This document shows, piece after piece, positions 50,308 through 59,346 of a stretch of 64,000 nucleotides of DNA. How positions within the stretch are numbered: the first letter of the stretch is position 1; each line of letters opens with the position of its first letter. This DNA comes from an uncultured bacterium (GTDB lineage: Bacteria > Omnitrophota > Omnitrophia > Omnitrophales > Abzuiibacteriaceae), in assembly GCA_964387845.1 (NCBI GenBank), contig CAYLXA010000004.1:128001-192000 (forward strand), written 5' to 3'. The notes below the pieces were generated by a model that saw nothing but the letters and a program-made list of their open reading frames with translations, ran no database searches and was not told where the DNA came from. The position numbers and the translations under genes are program-made.

Positions 50308-51740
50308 AAGACTGTCAGAAAAACTATATTGGAGCAGGCTTTTTGAAAGGACAAAAGCGTTTCTTGGGAGCTTTTTTGTGCTTGAGCGTGGCGGGTTTTT
50401 TTATGCACTGTGAAGCGTTTGCCCAAAACGGCTCCTTATCTGCACCGGGCCCCGGGGATTTGAAGGCCGCTCAGAACGTCGATAGTCAAACCCCCTCCTT
50501 GACGCTTGAAGAGTCGTTTCAGCTTGCTTTCAAAAATCATGAAGAGGTTCAAATCGCAATTTTTAGTGAGAAAGAGCAGGGGCTCTTGCCCTGGCGCGCT
50601 TTTTCCGCAATTCTCCCTACCGTGACCGGAAGCGCGGGCGTTACCTATCCAAAAGAGCAAATTGCGTTTGCACAATCTGTTATTGTTGCAGACCCCCTGA
50701 AGGAGGCTGACATTACCGTCAGGCAGCCGTTATTTAACGGACAGACGCTCCCGGCCTACATACGCGCAAGAAACCTTTCGGAAGCCTCATCCGAAAGCAA
50801 ATATTTCGAAATTCGCCGCGTTTTGTTCAATGTGGCACAGGCCTATTTTTCGCTTCTGCAAAATCAAAAGCTGGTTGATGTTGCCGAGGAATCTCTGAGG
50901 CTGGCACAGGAGCAGCTTAGGATTTTGTCTGAACGTTACGAGGCGGGACAAGCACCCAAAAATGATTTTCTGCGCGCCCAGGTTGAAGTGAGCCGTGCCG
51001 AGAGAACTTTAACGGAAAGCCGTAATAACCGGGAACTTGCGGGCAGTACGCTGGCCAGCTTCATTGGTATGCCGGTTCCGGAAATCAAAGAGGCCCGTTT
51101 GGTTGAACCTGAATCTGACCCAACCGTCAGACTCGAAGAAAATGATGAGCTTCAAAAATATATCGAGATTGCCGGAAATCATCGCAATGACCTCAGGAGC
51201 TTAAAAGAACAAGTAGATGCCAAAAAATGGGAAGTCAGGCAGAAATGGGCTGCGTTTCTTCCCAATGCCGACTTGATATTTGAACAATCCTGGCTCGAAC
51301 CCGAAAGTTTTTCGCGGCAGAACAATTTCTGGACAGCCGGATTTCAGTTTACATTTCCTTTTTTTGAAAAAGGAGAGCGAGCGCTAAATGTGAGTGAACA
51401 AAGATACGAACTCAAACAGCTTCGGCTGCGACTCGAAAGGCTTCGAAAAGACATTGCGCTTCAGGTCGAAGAAGCCTGGCGGGCGGCACAGACCACCAAA
51501 GTCAATCTGAACGCGGTTCTCAAAGAAAAAGAGCTTTCCCAGGAAAATTACGATGTGATTCTCAGCCGCTATGAATCCGGACAATCCTCCAGTCTTGATG
51601 TGATCGATGCTTTTGCGGAGCTCACCAATGCAAAAACCATCGCCGTAACGGAACAATATGCTTATCAGCTTTCTCTTCTTAACCTTTTGAAGCAGGCCGG
51701 ACTGTTCGGGCAATCTTATATAGAGCCGCAAAGAAAATGA
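50304..51740 (+). CDS. TolC-family outer membrane efflux protein
   Basis: A signal peptide followed by two OEP repeats. 478 aa. Confidence 0.85.
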   Translation: MKDCQKNYIGAGFLKGQKRFLGAFLCLSVAGFFMHCEAFAQNGSLSAPGPGDLKAAQNVDSQTPSLTLEESFQLAFKNHEEVQIAIFSEKEQGLLPWRAFSAILPTVTGSAGVTYPKEQIAFAQSVIVADPLKEADITVRQPLFNGQTLPAYIRARNLSEASSESKYFEIRRVLFNVAQAYFSLLQNQKLVDVAEESLRLAQEQLRILSERYEAGQAPKNDFLRAQVEVSRAERTLTESRNNRELAGSTLASFIGMPVPEIKEARLVEPESDPTVRLEENDELQKYIEIAGNHRNDLRSLKEQVDAKKWEVRQKWAAFLPNADLIFEQSWLEPESFSRQNNFWTAGFQFTFPFFEKGERALNVSEQRYELKQLRLRLERLRKDIALQVEEAWRAAQTTKVNLNAVLKEKELSQENYDVILSRYESGQSSSLDVIDAFAELTNAKTIAVTEQYAYQLSLLNLLKQAGLFGQSYIEPQRK

Positions 51741-52657
51741 GGAGTCTTTTTGTGAAAAGAAAGTTAAAAAATCAAACAAATGTTTCCATTTTGATTTTTC
51801 CATTGCTATGTTTAGTTTTGGCTTCTGGATGCGGTAAACACAATGGGAAAATGCCGCCAGGCGTGCCTGTCGATGCGATTAAAGTGCAACCGGAAAAGTT
51901 AGAACATATTTTAAAAGTTGTCGGCAATATCAAGGCGCAGGATGAAGCAACTTTGTATTCTAAGGTAGCCGGAAAGCTGATCAAATATGTGGTGAAAGAA
52001 GGGCAGGCGGTAAAAAAAGACGACACCGTAGCTTTGCTCGACCGTGATGAAGTCGGATTCAAATACCAGGAGGCTCCGGTAAAAACGACGCTTGATGGGG
52101 TCGTGGGACGTACTTATTTGGATGCGGGTGCGGATATCCAGTTGAGTACGCCTGTAGCGCTTGTTGTGGATATGCGTCAAGTGCGTATTTTGATACAGGT
52201 GCCCGAACAAGATTTGCCCGATGTGAAGGAAGACCAAACCGCCCATGTTTATGCGGATGCTTTTCCAAAAGATATATTCGAAGGAAAAGTCATTAAAGTG
52301 AGCCCAATTGTGGATCTTCAAACCCGAACAGCGCCCGTTGAAATCGAAGTTCCTAACCCCGAATACCGGTTGAAGCCCGGAATGTTTGCACGTGTTGAAC
52401 TCGTCACGCGAGTTTTCGAGAATGCCGTGATGATTCCTGAGGCGGCCATTGCTTACGAGAGCGGCAAGCCCTCTGTTTTCGTTGTCAAAGACGGTAAAGC
52501 ACAAAGGCGGAGTATTGAGACCGGCATGCGGGAAATTGGAAGAGTTCAAATTACCAAAGGGCTCGAGGGCGGCGAAGTTGTGGTGACAGCCGGCCATCTG
52601 AAGATCCGCGACGGCTCCGAAGTTGCGATCGCTCAGGAACAAACCAACTCTGGGTAA
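51737..52657 (+). CDS. efflux RND transporter periplasmic adaptor subunit
   Basis: A lipobox (LASGCG) and an HlyD/MFP biotinyl-lipoyl plus beta-barrel pattern. Confidence 0.85.
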   Translation: MRSLFVKRKLKNQTNVSILIFPLLCLVLASGCGKHNGKMPPGVPVDAIKVQPEKLEHILKVVGNIKAQDEATLYSKVAGKLIKYVVKEGQAVKKDDTVALLDRDEVGFKYQEAPVKTTLDGVVGRTYLDAGADIQLSTPVALVVDMRQVRILIQVPEQDLPDVKEDQTAHVYADAFPKDIFEGKVIKVSPIVDLQTRTAPVEIEVPNPEYRLKPGMFARVELVTRVFENAVMIPEAAIAYESGKPSVFVVKDGKAQRRSIETGMREIGRVQITKGLEGGEVVVTAGHLKIRDGSEVAIAQEQTNSG

Positions 52658-52707
52658 TTTAAACTTTATTTCTATAGACTACGCCATAGATAAATTAAGG
52701 GAAATAC

Positions 52708-55700
52708 ATGCTATCGAAATTCTTTCTTGACCGGCCGGTTTTTGCGTGGGTGATTGCCATCATTTTGATGGTCTTGGGCTTACTGGCTATTTACCAGCTT
52801 CCGATATCGCAATATCCCCCCATTGCCCCGCCTTCCATTGCCATCACGAGTTTTTATCCGGGCGCTTCAGCCGAAACCGTAGAAAATACCATAACCCAGA
52901 TCATCGAACAAAAAATGACGGGCTTCGAAGAGATGTTGTACATGTCTGCCACAAGCGATTCGGCTGGCGCCTCACGCATAGAACTCACGTTCAAGCCAGG
53001 AACAGATCCGGATTTGGCCTGGGCCAAGGTGCAGAATAAACTCCAGCTGGCTATGGCAAGCCTTCCTGAAGTGGTGCAGCGTTCGGGGGTGACGGTAAGC
53101 AAATCGACGAGGAATTATCTCATCATTATCGGCCTTGTCTCGGAAGATGGCAGTATGGATGACCATGCGCTGCGTGACTATGCTCAATCAAATCTTGAAA
53201 AGGTGCTGGCGCGCGTGCCGGGAGTCGGAGAGGTTGAGACTTTCGGGACCCAGTATGCGATGCGCATCTGGATCAATCCCGATAAGCTGATAGAATACGG
53301 TCTTACGGTTCAAGACGTTGTCCATGCTTTGGATACCTATAACGTAGAAGTGTCGGCCGGTCAGTTCGGCGGACTTCCAGCTGTTGAAGGCCAGCGGCTT
53401 AACGTCTCCATCATTATTCAAAATTTGCTGCAGACCCCCGAGGAATTTGCCTCCATTCCGGTCCGAACCAATCCGGACGGATCGATTATTCGCATCAGGG
53501 ATGTCGGCGGAACTGAACTCGGCACCGAGTTCTACGATATCGTCAATGTATATAACGGCAAACCGGCTGCCGCTATGGCGGTAAGGCAGGCCCCTGGCGC
53601 AAACGCGCTCGATACAGCAGAGGCAGTCAAGGCGAAACTCGAAGAGATGAGCCGCTATTTTCCGCATGGCATGAAGGTGGTTTATCCTTATGACACAACT
53701 CCCTTTGTTGAGGTGGCGATTCATGAGGTTGTCAAAACTCTCTTCGAGGCCATCTTGCTGGTGTTCCTTGTTATGTATCTGTTTATGGGAAATATTCGGG
53801 CAACGTTAATTCCCACGATTGCCGTGCCGGTCGTCCTTTTGGGCACTTTCGCTGTACTGGGACTCTTCGGGTTTTCGATCAACATGCTGACGATGTTCGC
53901 CATGGTCTTGGCAATCGGGCTCCTTGTAGATGATGCGATCGTAGTGGTTGAAAACGTAGAACGCCTGATGTCGGAGGAAGGTCTTTCGCCACGGGATGCC
54001 ACCGCCAAATCAATGGAGCAGATCACAAGCGCTCTGATCGGTATCGGCTTGGTGCTTTCCGCCGTTTTTGGTCCCATGGCTTTTTTCCCGGGTTCAACGG
54101 GAGTCATTTACCGCCAGTTCTCCGTGACGATTATTGCCTCGATGATGCTCTCGGTGGTAGTCGCCTTGATTCTGACACCGGTTCTCTGCGCAGCGCTGCT
54201 GAGACCGGTGCCAAAAGGGCATGAACCGGCAGAAAATGCGATTTGGTTCCTACGTCCCTTTTTTATGAAATTCGACCGCTTTTTCTTCCGGATTCGTGAA
54301 CGCTACATCGCGATTGTAGACCACTCCTTGGCGCATAAACTGCGTTATATCATACTGTACACAGGCATCATAGGCGTGATCGCATTCCTCTTTTTCCGTC
54401 TTCCCACCGGCTATTTACCGGACGAGGACCAGGGAATCCTGCTTGCGCAGATTGTAATGCCGACCGGCTCGACTTTGGAACAAACGAAAGCGGTTACGGA
54501 CAGGGTCCAACAACATTTTGAGCAAAATGAAAAAGATGCCGTGGAATCTTCTATGGCAATAGTGGGTAACGGTTTTTCGGGCAGAGCGCAGAATAACGCG
54601 ATGGTCTTTGTCAAACTCAAGGACTGGAAAGAGCGCGGGCGCAAAGAATTATCGGCAAAGGCCGTGGCGGGAAGAGCAATGGGAGCATTTTCAGCGATTC
54701 GCGAGGCCATTGCTTTTGTTTTTCCTCCGCCTGCCGTCCTTGAACTTGGCTTTGGCCGAGGCTTTGACTTCCAGTTAATCGACAGAGGCGGATTGGGACA
54801 TGAGGCTTTGATGAATGCCCGGAATCAACTGCTCGGCATGGCAGCTCAGGATAAGCGGCTTACGAAAGTGCGCCCGAACGGTATGGAGGATGTCCCTCAA
54901 TTTCGAATCGATGTGGATTGGGAAAAAGCGGGCATGTTGGGAATTCCGATCGCTTCGATCCATAGCACACTCTCGGCAGCTTTTGGCGGGGCCTATGTCA
55001 ATGATTTCATCCAAGGCGGGCGCGTGAAACGCGTGTACATTCAAGCGGATACTCCTTACCGCATGCTGCCGGATGATCTCGAAAAAATTTATGTCCGCAA
55101 CATTTCAGGGCAGATGGTTCCCTTTGCATCTTTTGCATCGACGCGCTGGGCCTCGGGCGCTCCCCGCCTCGAACGCTTTAACGGATTTTCATCCATGAAC
55201 ATCTGGGGAGAGCCTGCGCCAGGCAAAAGTTCCGGTGAGGCGATGCAGGCCATGGAAGAACTTTCCGGAAAACTGCCCAAAGGATTCGGCTATGATTGGG
55301 CAGGTCTGTCGTATCAGGAAAGGATGGCCACGGCTCAGGGACCAATTCTTTACGCGTTCTCCATTCTCGTGATCTTCCTTTGCGTAGCGGCCTTATATGA
55401 GAGTTGGAGTATTCCGTTCGTGAATCTCCTGATGCTGCCGCTCGGAGTATTCGGCGCTTTATTTGCGACTTCCCTGAGAGGCCTGACTAACGACGTTTAC
55501 TTCCAGATTGGTTTCCTTACAACCATGGGACTTTCTACAAAAAACGCCATTCTTATCATTCAGTTCATCAAAGAGCAGATGCAGCAGGGGCTCGGCCTGG
55601 TGGAGGCGACTCTCGCTGCTGTAAAGATCCGCTTCCGTCCGGTTATCATGACATCTCTCGCGTTTTTCTTTGGGACGCTGCCGCTCGCTCTGGCTTCCGG

Positions 55701-55872
55701 GGCAGGCGCGGGCGCGATGAACGCCATCGGCACAGCCGTGACAGGGGGTATGATCTCGGCAACCTTTATTGATCTGGTGTTTATTCCATTATTTTTCGTT
55801 TTGATATCCCGTTTCTTTGGGCGCAAAACAAAAAATACTCAAACTACCGGCGAAGGAACAATTAAGTCGTGA
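52708..55872 (+). CDS. efflux RND transporter permease (AcrB/HAE1 family)
   Basis: A 1054-aa protein with twelve TM segments and two large periplasmic loops, and AcrB family motifs. Confidence 0.9.
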   Translation: MLSKFFLDRPVFAWVIAIILMVLGLLAIYQLPISQYPPIAPPSIAITSFYPGASAETVENTITQIIEQKMTGFEEMLYMSATSDSAGASRIELTFKPGTDPDLAWAKVQNKLQLAMASLPEVVQRSGVTVSKSTRNYLIIIGLVSEDGSMDDHALRDYAQSNLEKVLARVPGVGEVETFGTQYAMRIWINPDKLIEYGLTVQDVVHALDTYNVEVSAGQFGGLPAVEGQRLNVSIIIQNLLQTPEEFASIPVRTNPDGSIIRIRDVGGTELGTEFYDIVNVYNGKPAAAMAVRQAPGANALDTAEAVKAKLEEMSRYFPHGMKVVYPYDTTPFVEVAIHEVVKTLFEAILLVFLVMYLFMGNIRATLIPTIAVPVVLLGTFAVLGLFGFSINMLTMFAMVLAIGLLVDDAIVVVENVERLMSEEGLSPRDATAKSMEQITSALIGIGLVLSAVFGPMAFFPGSTGVIYRQFSVTIIASMMLSVVVALILTPVLCAALLRPVPKGHEPAENAIWFLRPFFMKFDRFFFRIRERYIAIVDHSLAHKLRYIILYTGIIGVIAFLFFRLPTGYLPDEDQGILLAQIVMPTGSTLEQTKAVTDRVQQHFEQNEKDAVESSMAIVGNGFSGRAQNNAMVFVKLKDWKERGRKELSAKAVAGRAMGAFSAIREAIAFVFPPPAVLELGFGRGFDFQLIDRGGLGHEALMNARNQLLGMAAQDKRLTKVRPNGMEDVPQFRIDVDWEKAGMLGIPIASIHSTLSAAFGGAYVNDFIQGGRVKRVYIQADTPYRMLPDDLEKIYVRNISGQMVPFASFASTRWASGAPRLERFNGFSSMNIWGEPAPGKSSGEAMQAMEELSGKLPKGFGYDWAGLSYQERMATAQGPILYAFSILVIFLCVAALYESWSIPFVNLLMLPLGVFGALFATSLRGLTNDVYFQIGFLTTMGLSTKNAILIIQFIKEQMQQGLGLVEATLAAVKIRFRPVIMTSLAFFFGTLPLALASGAGAGAMNAIGTAVTGGMISATFIDLVFIPLFFVLISRFFGRKTKNTQTTGEGTIKS

Positions 55873-56351
55873 AAGCCAGATATGCCAATCAGCATGATTT
55901 TCAAGCCTTTGAAGAAAACCTGACGTTCTTCATGCGTTATTTGTTGGCGCACGGGTTGAAAATACTGGCAAGCTACAAGATCAACCTTGCCCAGTATTTT
56001 ATTCTCTTCGAATTGAGTCATGACACGGCATTGCCCATGTTCTTCTTTGCTGAACATTACCCTCTTTCTAAACCTTCGTTCACAAATAATATCGACAGGC
56101 TTGTTTCACGAGGACTCGTGACACGTATGCGAGGGACCGAGGATAGACGGACGATTTTAGTTTCCATTACGACGAGTGGAAAAAAGCTTATGGGCAACCT
56201 TCAAAGAACGCGGCTCAAATTCTTGCAAAGCTACTTTAATCGTCTGCCCCCGGCCAAGCAGCATGCTTTGACCGAACTTTTAGCGGCTCTCCGGCCGGTT
56301 CATGAAGAATCATGCGCAGGAAAAAGTATTAAAAATATTCTGAAAGAATAA
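55869..56351 (+). CDS. MarR family transcriptional regulator
   Basis: A MarR wHTH pattern. It overlaps the RND gene stop by 4 nt. Confidence 0.75.
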   Translation: MKARYANQHDFQAFEENLTFFMRYLLAHGLKILASYKINLAQYFILFELSHDTALPMFFFAEHYPLSKPSFTNNIDRLVSRGLVTRMRGTEDRRTILVSITTSGKKLMGNLQRTRLKFLQSYFNRLPPAKQHALTELLAALRPVHEESCAGKSIKNILKE

Positions 56352-56356
56352 AACTT

Positions 56357-56587
56357 ATGATTACATGGATCGGTCTTTGCGCTGGAGAAATTTGGAATTG
56401 TTTGGACATGCATGGTGGTAAAGCAGAATTTCATATTCTGTTTTCGGAAATCAATGCGCCACAGGAAACCATTTTGATGGCAATGGGATGGCTTGCCAGA
56501 GAAGGCTACATCATCATTGACGGATCTTTTCCTTCAGGCGTGATCAAACTTAAAGAGCATCCACCCATGCCACTTGCAGAAAAATGA
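56357..56587 (+). CDS. winged helix-turn-helix domain protein (DUF2582-like)
   Basis: A 76-aa protein carrying the MAMGWLAREGYI motif characteristic of DUF2582 wHTH proteins. Confidence 0.55.
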   Translation: MITWIGLCAGEIWNCLDMHGGKAEFHILFSEINAPQETILMAMGWLAREGYIIIDGSFPSGVIKLKEHPPMPLAEK

Positions 56588-56642
56588 TGCCCAATATCAT
56601 GAGAGACTGGCAAATCGTTTGAGGCTGTGAAAGGGGAAGATT

Positions 56643-57032
56643 ATGGGACAAACAAAAAATCAATATATTCCCGGCGTTTGCAATATCGGCACGGCGGAAA
56701 TTAAGAAACGCAAACAAGCGGGATGGATAGGGCTTGCCGCAACTATTGTCCTATGGGGACTCCTTATTTACCTTAATGTTGCACCAGCCTGGCGATTACT
56801 TCTCTTTTTCCCGGCGATGATGTCGGCAATAGGATTTCTCCAGGCCTACATGCATTTCTGCGCCTATTACGGTTTCACTGCTCTTTTTAATTATGGCGAT
56901 TTCGGCAAAAAAGATACTATCCAGCAAGCTGAATTTCGCGTCCAAGATAGACGCAAGGCGTGGCAAATTGTCATTTACTCTGTACTTATCGGTATAGCGG
57001 TCGCTCTTCTGTCATACATGTTTCAGTTATAG
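56643..57032 (+). CDS. hypothetical membrane protein (about three TM segments, two Cys)
   Basis: An SD (aaggggaag) upstream and hydrophobic segments in the sequence. Confidence 0.5.
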   Translation: MGQTKNQYIPGVCNIGTAEIKKRKQAGWIGLAATIVLWGLLIYLNVAPAWRLLLFFPAMMSAIGFLQAYMHFCAYYGFTALFNYGDFGKKDTIQQAEFRVQDRRKAWQIVIYSVLIGIAVALLSYMFQL

Positions 57033-57218
57033 ACCTCTATTGAGCGAAACCAAAAAAAGAGCAAGGAGGGCAGCAACCGCATGAAAATACTCGTTCTTAT
57101 CTTCCGCGCGCTGAAAGAATTTTCTAAAGCGCGGCATAAGGAGGACGAGCAGGTGTCCATCCGGATCTTCGCTGTTCCATGCGAGCAGCTACTCTAAAAT
57201 CAAGGAGGTAAAGAAACC

Positions 57219-57611
57219 ATGCGATACGTAGTGTTATTGGGGAGAATATTCTATTCGTCCATCTTCGTCATGGCCAACCTGTTCCATTTCTCCGGCCAAG
57301 CCATCACGCACGCGGCCGACGAAGGGGTTCCCATGGCGGGGGTCTTGGTTCCCCTGTCGGGGATTATCGGCTTGGCGGGAGGATTCAGCATCCTGCTGGG
57401 CTACAAGGCCAAGTGGGGCGCCTGGCTCCTGGTGCTGTTTCTCGTGCCCGTCACCCTCATGATGCACAAGTTCTGGGCGGTTGCCGACCCGCAGGCCGCC
57501 ATGATGCAACAGGTTATGTTCATGAAGAATGTCTCCATGCTCGGAGCGGCTCTTTTGATCAGCCATTTCGGGGCCGGACCTCTCAGCCTGGACGCCCGCA
57601 AGACAGGTTGA
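57219..57611 (+). CDS. DoxX family membrane protein
   Basis: A DoxX pattern across four TM segments and a strong SD (aaggagg). The gene is conspicuously GC-rich (about 60%) with GC3-rich codons, unlike its neighbours. Confidence 0.75.
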   Translation: MRYVVLLGRIFYSSIFVMANLFHFSGQAITHAADEGVPMAGVLVPLSGIIGLAGGFSILLGYKAKWGAWLLVLFLVPVTLMMHKFWAVADPQAAMMQQVMFMKNVSMLGAALLISHFGAGPLSLDARKTG

Positions 57612-57840
57612 GTTAAAATCCGTAGGCCGCCTTTATTATCTCAACCGCCTGTCGGGTATAGGAAAGCCAAGGGTCAGCCGAACGTCTTAATATGTAGTTT
57701 TAGCGGCTTTGTAGACATGACGGAGATTATACCAAAAGGCGGCCGAGAATAGAAGCCTCTCAACATATTGAAATACAATGACTTAGGAAAAGATTGATTT
57801 TGAGTTTAATCTGTGGTAAATCTGTGTCCCTCGGTGATAT

Positions 57841-58587
57841 ATGCCCAAACAAAAGAAAGTACCCAATCGCGATAAGCTGTTTGACGAAAAGCGCAGCTTG
57901 ATCGAAAACTTCAATTTCGGAAAAGCCACGGCGCAAGTCTTTGATGACATGTTGAACCGGTCCGTGCCTTTTTACGGTGAGATGCAGCGGATGATGGCGG
58001 AGATGGCCGGTGATTTCGCGGTGGAAGGCACAAATCTCTATGATTTGGGCTGCTCGACCTGCACGACATTTCTTCATATTGACCAGAGCGTCAATCCGGG
58101 CGTGACGTTTGTCGGTGTAGATTCTTCTCAGGAAATGCTCGATAAAGCCAAGCAAAAGTTGAAAGCGGCGGGGTTTAAACGCGATTACGAACTCGTTTGC
58201 GCGGATATCAATAAAGGCGTTGAAATCAATAACGCATCGGTTGTCATCATGAACCTGACGCTTCAGTTTGTCCGCCCGCTTTACCGCGAGAAATTGATTC
58301 AAAGCATCGCGCGCGGTCTAAATGACGGCGGCTGCCTGATCTTGATTGAAAAAGTACTTTCCGAATATTCCACGCTGAACCGTCTCTTCATTAAATATTA
58401 TTACGATATGAAGAAACGGAACGGTTACTCGGATCTTGAAATTGCGCAAAAGCGGGAAGCGCTGGAGAATGTCTTGATCCCGTACCATTTTGATGAAAAC
58501 AGGGAACTCTTGCTCAAAAACGGTTTTAAAGGCTGTGACATGTTCTTCCGCTGGTATAACTTTTGCGGCATGGTTGCGCTCAAATAA
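57841..58587 (+). CDS. cmoA: carboxy-S-adenosyl-L-methionine synthase
   Basis: Strongly CmoA-like: RSVPFY, YDLGCS, NGYSDLEIAQKR..LENV and C-terminal FNF...VALK blocks that match E. coli CmoA. Confidence 0.85.
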   Translation: MPKQKKVPNRDKLFDEKRSLIENFNFGKATAQVFDDMLNRSVPFYGEMQRMMAEMAGDFAVEGTNLYDLGCSTCTTFLHIDQSVNPGVTFVGVDSSQEMLDKAKQKLKAAGFKRDYELVCADINKGVEINNASVVIMNLTLQFVRPLYREKLIQSIARGLNDGGCLILIEKVLSEYSTLNRLFIKYYYDMKKRNGYSDLEIAQKREALENVLIPYHFDENRELLLKNGFKGCDMFFRWYNFCGMVALK

Positions 58588-58590
58588 TTC

Positions 58591-59346
58591 ATGCCGGCTC
58601 CGAGCGCGAAAGTCCCCAATCCGGTTTTGCTCAATTCCGGAAATTTCTTTTTTAAATTCCGCAATTTTATTTTCCCAGCTGTTTTTGTTTCTTTGTTTTT
58701 ATTTACACGCCCGGCGCTTTTCCTCAACGACCCGGAACTTGATCGTTTAACCGTTCTGCTGGGAGTTGTGATTGCCTTCGCCGGCCAAATTTTCCGGTTT
58801 ACAGTAATCGGCTTTGCCTACATTAAGCGCGGCGGCAAGGAAGGGAAGGTCTACGCGGATGATTTGGTGATCCAGGGGTTTTATGCGCACGTGCGCAATC
58901 CAATGTATGTCGGAAACTTTCTGATCACTGTCGGAATCGGCATTGTTTACGGTTCTCCCTGGATTTATTTTATCGTGATTCCGTTTTTCACATTTGTCTA
59001 TTTATCGATTGTGACGGCCGAAGAAAATTATCTTCGGCAAAAATTCGGCGCTCAATATGAGCATTACGAAAAGACGGTGAACCGGTTCGTCCCGAATTTT
59101 CAGGGAATTCAAAACACGCTCAAAGATTTTAAATATGATTGGAAAAAGGCGCTCCGGAAAGAATATGGAACGGTTTTTGGAACCATGGCGGGGATCCTCT
59201 TGATTCTGATCTGGAAATACTACGTTGTGTTTGGCTGGAAGGCGGGAAAGGCCACGATCGTGAATTTCGGCCTTCTATTAATTCCCGCCGTCTTATTTTA
59301 TGCGATTGTGCGGTTTTTGAAATTAACCAAACGGCTTCAGTCTTAA
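58591..59346 (+). CDS. isoprenylcysteine carboxyl methyltransferase / phospholipid methyltransferase family (ICMT/PEMT) membrane methyltransferase
   Basis: A polytopic membrane protein with RNPMYVG and the C-terminal EE..L...FG..Y..Y SAM-binding motif. It starts 4 nt after the cmoA stop. Confidence 0.75.
   Translation: MPAPSAKVPNPVLLNSGNFFFKFRNFIFPAVFVSLFLFTRPALFLNDPELDRLTVLLGVVIAFAGQIFRFTVIGFAYIKRGGKEGKVYADDLVIQGFYAHVRNPMYVGNFLITVGIGIVYGSPWIYFIVIPFFTFVYLSIVTAEENYLRQKFGAQYEHYEKTVNRFVPNFQGIQNTLKDFKYDWKKALRKEYGTVFGTMAGILLILIWKYYVVFGWKAGKATIVNFGLLLIPAVLFYAIVRFLKLTKRLQS

Noticed and set aside
49611-56351. Treating the MarR-tautomerase-TolC-MFP-RND-MarR block as certainly part of the mobile element
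   Set aside because: Its GC content and codon usage look like the host's, unlike the AT-rich int/rep core. It is reported as possible cargo only, with the element boundary left open.
57234-57616. Several overlapping 65-110-aa ORFs on both strands (57234..57566 -, 57401..57601 -, 57413..57616 +)
   Set aside because: They are by-products of the GC-rich composition of the doxX gene, where stop codons are rare in all frames. Only the plus-strand DoxX frame has an SD and family motifs.
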